Shown: positions 61,101 to 64,000 of the stretch, piece after piece
Layout of the letters: every line of letters begins with the position of its first letter
Position numbering within the stretch: position 1 is the first letter of the stretch
NCBI RefSeq assembly: GCF_001194135.2
Contig: NC_068985.1
Location: 31,299,385-31,363,384 of the forward strand
Direction: 5' to 3'
Length of the DNA: 64,000 nucleotides
Source of the DNA: Octopus bimaculoides
Taxonomy: Eukaryota
Notes under the pieces: model-generated
What the model was told of the DNA's origin: nothing
The model's input: only the letters and a program-made list of their open reading frames with translations
The model's database searches: none
Made by a program: the position numbers and the translations under genes

Positions 61101-62780
61101 TGTTGAAAAAAAAGGCTAGTAATTAAAATCTAACTGAAAAATATAATTGCTACAATATCCCAGTGACTAAACTCCATACTATTCTATCGATTAATAATTT
61201 ATTCAGTTCCCCCACCCTCATTCACATTCATACACGATCTGTTGTGACATTTCAAGAAATTAACATAATGGCTTTCACATTTTCTGAAACGGTTATATAT
61301 GGTTGATAAGCCCGTTTCAATTGGGAAAATTTTTTTATGAACCACCTGTCAGATTCAATTAAATATACCTAACTTGTCGGTTTATTCAGCAAAAGCAATA
61401 TAATGACTTTATAACATGCCTTGACATAGAACTTAACTAAAACATGAAAGCTATCGAAACACAACTCTTCACCAGTGCCAGAGTAAAATCTTCCGGTGTT
61501 TCCAGCCTGTTTTTTCGGTTTCGTTTCCGGCTGTAATAATTTCGTTTCACTTTCGTCGCTCATGCCCTTGAGAGACGCACAAGCATTGAGACTATCTTAA
61601 AAAATAACTACTAAATTACAGATAGTTTCATCTCATAACTTACAGGTTGCTACATATTGCATCTTTTTTTTTTTTATCAATATTTATTTTAAACTATTAG
61701 ATTTTTGAAACAAAAAGATTGTGTACCTATCTCTTCTGAAATACTCCCAGTCATATTCAATAGTTCTGTTTCGATTCATTCCAAGAAATATTTTGCTTTC
61801 AATTTAGTTGTACGTTAGATCAGTAAATATATTAAAAGATAACTATTGTTTCAAGAGATTTTACTTAGATATTTGTATCAAGTATATGAAATAGTTTAGG
61901 GGAGAAATGATGTTTTGTTTACAAAACTGCTAGAAATAGCAGTCAAATCTTTCAAATCATACCCTGCTGTCAGCCTGGCGCTTAACAACCCAATTTCGTT
62001 AAAGACCGTGTTTAAGAATAGTTACTGTGAACTTCAAAATTAATGTTTTGTAGTCTTAAGACGCTAGAGATAAAGTAAAATACAATGTGAAATAATTAAA
62101 TCTGCTCCAGAACAGAGGTCACACGAAACTCTTGTCGAGGTCAAGTTACATATTACTGATTAAAACATTGCTTTTGGTGTATATTGGGGAGAAAGGAGAA
62201 AACTAAACAAAAAGAACTCGTTAACCATTAGAAATATGTATGAGTGACACTTGGGTATATCTTTACTATCGATTAAATATTTCAAGAATGTACACACACA
62301 CACATATATAATTTTATCACTTGCAGACGTGTTACCACTACCGCTAACAAAATAAATCGTCATTTGCATATTTAGAAAACCAAATGAATAACGATTGTGA
62401 AAAATGGTTCGTTACAATTTCCTTACAAAGCCATATGTGCTACTTAAAAGAGAAAGCTAAACATAACTCACTAACAAATTTAGATATTGTTTATGTAACA
62501 GGAAAAGAAGTATACAAACCTCATTTGATTTCTTGGGAGTATCTTTCTTGGAGGACTCTGTTTTTGGAGATGTAGCATAGTTGTTTATTTTCAGGTCGTT
62601 GTTGTTCTTGGCACTTTTCATGTGTTTTCCTTTCTTATTGTAGTACACTAAACCAGCCAGACCTAGCGTGACCGGGGCTCCAAGTAACAAGGCTATTTGC
62701 CATTTGGACAGCCCTTCAAATGGCTTTCGTACAACTTCATGTAACATATCAAGACGAAGATTGACTTTCTTCAGCGCCAT
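35589..62780 (-). CDS. TOMM70: Mitochondrial import receptor TOM70: 12 coding exons 62780-62520, 58777-58604, 47395-47269, 46079-45970, 44776-44673, 43280-43070, 42750-42616, 40398-40293, 39440-39322, 38849-38752, 37723-37601, 35769-35589; 1749 nt, 582 aa
   Basis: N-terminal signal-anchor WQIALLLGAPVTLGLAGLVYY is followed by TPR repeats (KEEGNVFFKSGKYNEAIESYTKAISLC..FYQNRAAAY, DCSKALELNPKYMKALTRRAKS, IDPENVDIYFHRGQ) and a C-terminal EITHLYTLLDATLAQLEV. All introns are GT-AG and the frame is continuous to TAA. Confidence 0.96.
35955..35994 (-). ncRNA. Putative minimal type I hammerhead ribozyme, imperfect stem I
   Basis: AUGUU-CUGAAGA-AGG(UGUCAUAAC)CCU-GAAA-U-AUA^GAAAU. Confidence 0.5.
35955..36890 (-). 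mobile_element. Decayed Penelope-like retroelement (RT C-terminal half, linker, terminal hammerhead motif) in TOMM70 intron 11
   Basis: FSRYIDNILIL (degenerate YxDD), NRNLFVHYESALP and VHTGPSLKKVLLRKN segments are typical of PLE RT thumb/linker; frameshifted. Confidence 0.7.
37601..37723 (-). CDS. TOMM70: TOMM70 exon 11 (123 nt)
   Basis: tcttatag|A...AG|gtaaga; VLLLSEEPDFDKIRSYIEKAISMDEKYEYPYELFGSIEVH. Confidence 0.94.
38752..38849 (-). CDS. TOMM70: TOMM70 exon 10 (98 nt)
   Basis: cttctttgcag|ACA...GG|gttagt; TLLGQNKPEKARHHFEKVLELEEDNAMATVYM. Confidence 0.93.
39322..39440 (-). CDS. TOMM70: TOMM70 exon 9 (119 nt)
   Basis: tgtttctag|AA...CAG|gtaatt; EHRAALINSS...KFPNCIEARIKFGQ. Confidence 0.93.
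39889..40114. mobile_element. piggyBac-type MITE, second family; a related fragment lies at 59070-59190
   Basis: Right end tatcaaaagggctaa (degenerate GGG-TTAA). Internal gctggtgtttggaa..aaattt..ttagatca is shared with 59100-59175. Confidence 0.45.
40293..40398 (-). CDS. TOMM70: TOMM70 exon 8 (106 nt)
   Basis: ttttgttctcag|CTC...GGAG|gtattt; LLMLQDRCEDSVRDYEKCIELDPNFPHAHVYKCLG. Confidence 0.92.
41239..41580 (-). repeat. SINE family A, full-length composite copy with an internal deletion
   Basis: Reverse complement of 63636-64000. Confidence 0.88.
42616..42750 (-). CDS. TOMM70: TOMM70 exon 7 (135 nt)
   Basis: atgtttag|GTG...CAA|gtaagt; VKVSALIKKAS...DIYFHRGQ. Confidence 0.96.
42797..42928 (+). 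mobile_element. Short insert resembling a Penelope-like terminal repeat, in TOMM70 intron 6
   Basis: GC-richer 130-bp island carrying a complete hammerhead motif; PLE origin is inferred. Confidence 0.55.
42834..42879 (+). ncRNA. Putative minimal type I hammerhead ribozyme
   Basis: GACAC-CUGAUGA-A-GGCUG(GAGGGUAUAU)CAGCC-GAAA-C-GUU^GUGUU: intact core, 5-bp stems I and II, palindromic AACGUU stem III. Confidence 0.72.
43070..43280 (-). CDS. TOMM70: TOMM70 exon 6 (211 nt)
   Basis: ttcttttcag|T...AAT|gtaagt; SPFIEACKQF...ARLLRGTAHFYMG...NKN. Confidence 0.95.
43963..44215 (-). repeat. RTE-tail repeat
   Basis: (CAT)n then tttccatgctggcatgggttggacagtttgactgagg...tttctacagctggatgccc. Confidence 0.8.
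44431..44469. repeat. (AT)n(GT)n microsatellite
   Basis: Seen directly. Confidence 0.95.
44673..44776 (-). CDS. TOMM70: TOMM70 exon 5 (104 nt)
   Basis: tttttgtag|TCT...AG|gtatct; SRKPSLPSKTFMKVFRDMFRNDP. Confidence 0.92.
45765..45821. repeat. (GA)n(GT)n compound microsatellite
   Basis: Seen directly. Confidence 0.95.
45970..46079 (-). CDS. TOMM70: TOMM70 exon 4 (110 nt)
   Basis: ccattttcag|AT...GGT|gtaagt; DLTLLCMLENF...KAKVEMG. Confidence 0.93.
46187..46347 (+). repeat. RTE-tail repeat
   Basis: cacccactacactcttggagtggttgg...atgccagcatggaaaatggatgctaaatgatgatga. Confidence 0.8.
46495..46712 (-). repeat. SINE family C
   Basis: Reverse complement of 28165-28390. Confidence 0.8.
47269..47395 (-). 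CDS. TOMM70: TOMM70 exon 3 (127 nt)
   Basis: tttctgtag|GAG...GAAG|gtaaga; ENHQQVISDCSKALELNPKY...ALE. Confidence 0.96.
48563..48887 (-). mobile_element. Young RTE 3'-end copy, runs into a gap
   Basis: About a dozen substitutions over ~310 nt versus the reverse complement of 57743-58070 (manual comparison). Confidence 0.88.
49595..49802 (-). repeat. SINE family C
   Basis: gaaaggcaaagtcgacctcggtggaatttgagctcagaac...ttttgccagctcgctgcctt. Confidence 0.8.
51992..52273. repeat. ~280-bp loop-less palindrome (foldback/MITE-like)
   Basis: Perfect core GGGATTGATC|GATCAATCCC (52125-52144); arms match with scattered mismatches for ~140 bp each. Confidence 0.9.
53100..55900 (-). mobile_element. Decayed RTE-clade LINE (endonuclease plus RT with an internal deletion) in TOMM70 intron 2
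   Basis: Endonuclease: RVGTVNVGTL, DRVLKLRL, IISAYSPQAG, SQIDFILTR. RT: NKYRGIKL, GFVPGRSTT, LAFVDFEKAFDRVP. C-terminus: RRLHWYGHVLR, GRPRKT. Frameshifted. Confidence 0.92.
56188..56493. repeat. Two diverged tandem copies of a 159-bp purine-rich unit
   Basis: Units start at 56188 and 56347 and share aggtgggcagctaacctagttgcatttgtcc and gagacatc.ggtaatggtggtg. Confidence 0.85.
56577..57222. repeat. Diverged direct duplication with 414-bp offset
   Basis: aagtttaatttggggagatggta...aattacatgagaagtta at 56577 and 56991. Confidence 0.85.
57743..58070 (+). mobile_element. Young RTE 3'-end copy with (GAT)n tail followed by (AT)n
   Basis: Near-identical to 2879-3280 and to the reverse complement of 48563-48887. 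Confidence 0.88.
58604..58777 (-). CDS. TOMM70: TOMM70 exon 2 (174 nt, TPR1-2)
   Basis: Acceptor ttttctatttcag|ATG, donor CTG|gtaagt. Confidence 0.96.
59956..60114 (+). repeat. RTE-tail repeat
   Basis: acactctcggagtggttggc...cggacgttaaacgatgatgatgatg. Confidence 0.85.
60133..60288 (-). repeat. SINE family A head, diverged
   Basis: ctttcagtttgtctaccaaatccagtcacaaagctt...ctatagtagaagacac. Confidence 0.7.
62520..62780 (-). CDS. TOMM70: TOMM70 exon 1 (261 nt, transmembrane anchor)
   Basis: gtcATGgcg start; donor GAG|gtttgt, phase 0. Confidence 0.88.
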
Positions 62781-63635
62781 GACAGCCAACACACGTGCCT
62801 ATCTACCACTCTCATTCTCTGTGAGAATCTCGTTTTGCATGTCTTGACATGAGTTATACATGCTCGCTCCGTCTTCGATTTGCTTGTAGTCTCGCAATTA
62901 GATGTAAAAGAATGAAGATAAAACCGATAATTCGGTCAGAGCAGTTATACACAGATACAATTAAAATATATTTAGCTTCGAAGTAAATATTTCAATTAAG
63001 ATTTGCGGTGTAAGGCTCAATGACTTTTGACCGTAAGCACTAGCACAATCCACATAGCTATAATTTACTATTTATTTACTAATTATTGCTGTAATGAACA
63101 GTGTATAGTTGACGTTTCGTTAGCTTACTGCCCAGAATTCACTTTGTTGTAAATTTAAAGCCTTAAGTTTAATAGAAACTTTGATATTTAATAGGCGGAA
63201 TTTCGGGTCAGGACGCCCATCCCAACTTTTATTACATCACACCCGTCGTAAATTAATCAGAAGTTTTATGAAAAAATTTTTTGAAAATCTATAATTTTTT
63301 TTCATTTCTTCTTCCGACAGATTTTCGTCAATCTTTTTACATTAAACACTTAAAAATGATGGAAGAAGCCATTTCGAAAGAAAAAAATTTTGAAAATATT
63401 TTCGGACGGAAAGGTGGGTGATTTAAGGAGGATTTAACTGTTGTTTCTAACACAGCCTACGACCACCAGTTACCTTCCTCGTTTCTTCGTCACTCTGATG
63501 ACCTGTATTGATGCTTTTTAATATTTTTCTCCCCATAAGCACATTTTGTTTAGCCCAAGGGTGGCCCATTGCTAGGATTTAAGAAAGAAACAAACAAAAA
63601 AAATTGATTTGAATTTTTAAACCCTCACCACCATA

Positions 63636-64000
63636 CAGGAGTGGCTGTGTGGTAAGTAGCTTGCTTACCAACCACATGGTTCCGGGTTCAGTCCCACTGC
63701 GTGGCACCTTGGGCAAGTGTCTTCTACTATAGCCTCGGGCCGACCAAAGCCTTGTGAGTGGATTTGGTAGACGGAAACTGAAAGAAGCCTGTCGTATATA
63801 TGTATGTGTGTGTATATGTTTGCGTGTCTGTGTTTGTCCCCCCAACATCGCTTGACAACCGATTCTGGTGTGTTTACGTCCCCGTAACTTAGCGGTTCGG
63901 CAAAAGAGCGATAGAATAAGTACTAGGCTTACAAAGAATAAGTCCTGGGGTCGATTTGCTCGACTAAAGGTGGTGCTCCAGCATGGCCACAGTCAAAATG
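63636..64000 (+). repeat. SINE family A (tRNA-derived head, internal microsatellite, 3' body), runs off the right edge
   Basis: caggagtggctgtgtggtaag (A-box-like) and ggttccgggttcagtccc (B-box-like); many copies in the window. Confidence 0.9.

Noticed and set aside
63111-63135. GAAACGTC on the minus strand suggesting another hammerhead
   Set aside because: The upstream box reads CTGGGCA, not CUGANGA, and the stems are only 2 bp.
63636-63710. tRNA-like sequences at SINE heads (also 13371, 41500-41580)
   Set aside because: A/B-box remnants only, with no full cloverleaf; they are SINE heads, not tRNA genes.
1-64000. CRISPR arrays, rRNA or prokaryotic defence systems
   Set aside because: This is intron-containing eukaryotic DNA with no regularly spaced repeat-spacer array or rRNA-like sequence.

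Overview
This is 64 kb of AT-rich, repeat-dense animal genomic DNA with seven N-gaps (8920-9142, 10174-10183, 12797-13150, 14266-14753, 43771-43950, 48888-49437, 52527-52844). The repeat families suggest an octopus scaffold (inference, not database-checked). Three spliced genes can be reconstructed with GT-AG introns and continuous reading frames. MTHFD1 is on the minus strand (first 4 coding exons, ATG at 11276, continuing off the left edge). MRPL40 is on the plus strand (5 exons, 201 aa, 20906-30735). TOMM70 is on the minus strand (12 exons, 582 aa, 62780-35589). Introns and intergenic DNA hold decayed piggyBac, Tx1/L1-like, RTE, Penelope-like and probable Chapaev-type elements, plus many SINEs, LINE tails and MITEs. 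The most unusual signals are: (i) minimal type I hammerhead-ribozyme motifs in introns, one complete (42834-42879), one near-complete at the end of a Penelope-like relic and sense to TOMM70 (35955-35994), and two weaker ones; (ii) a cluster of modular palindromic elements around the MTHFD1 promoter, including an inverted pair bracketing exon 1 and a hairpin with a telomere-like loop; (iii) a loop-less ~280-bp palindrome; (iv) a permuted Tx1 tandem; (v) a possible alternative first exon/uORF in TOMM70 intron 1 and a possible 2-nt intron shift. All analysis was by eye. I found no firm evidence of a wholly new biological system; the hammerhead set is the best lead.
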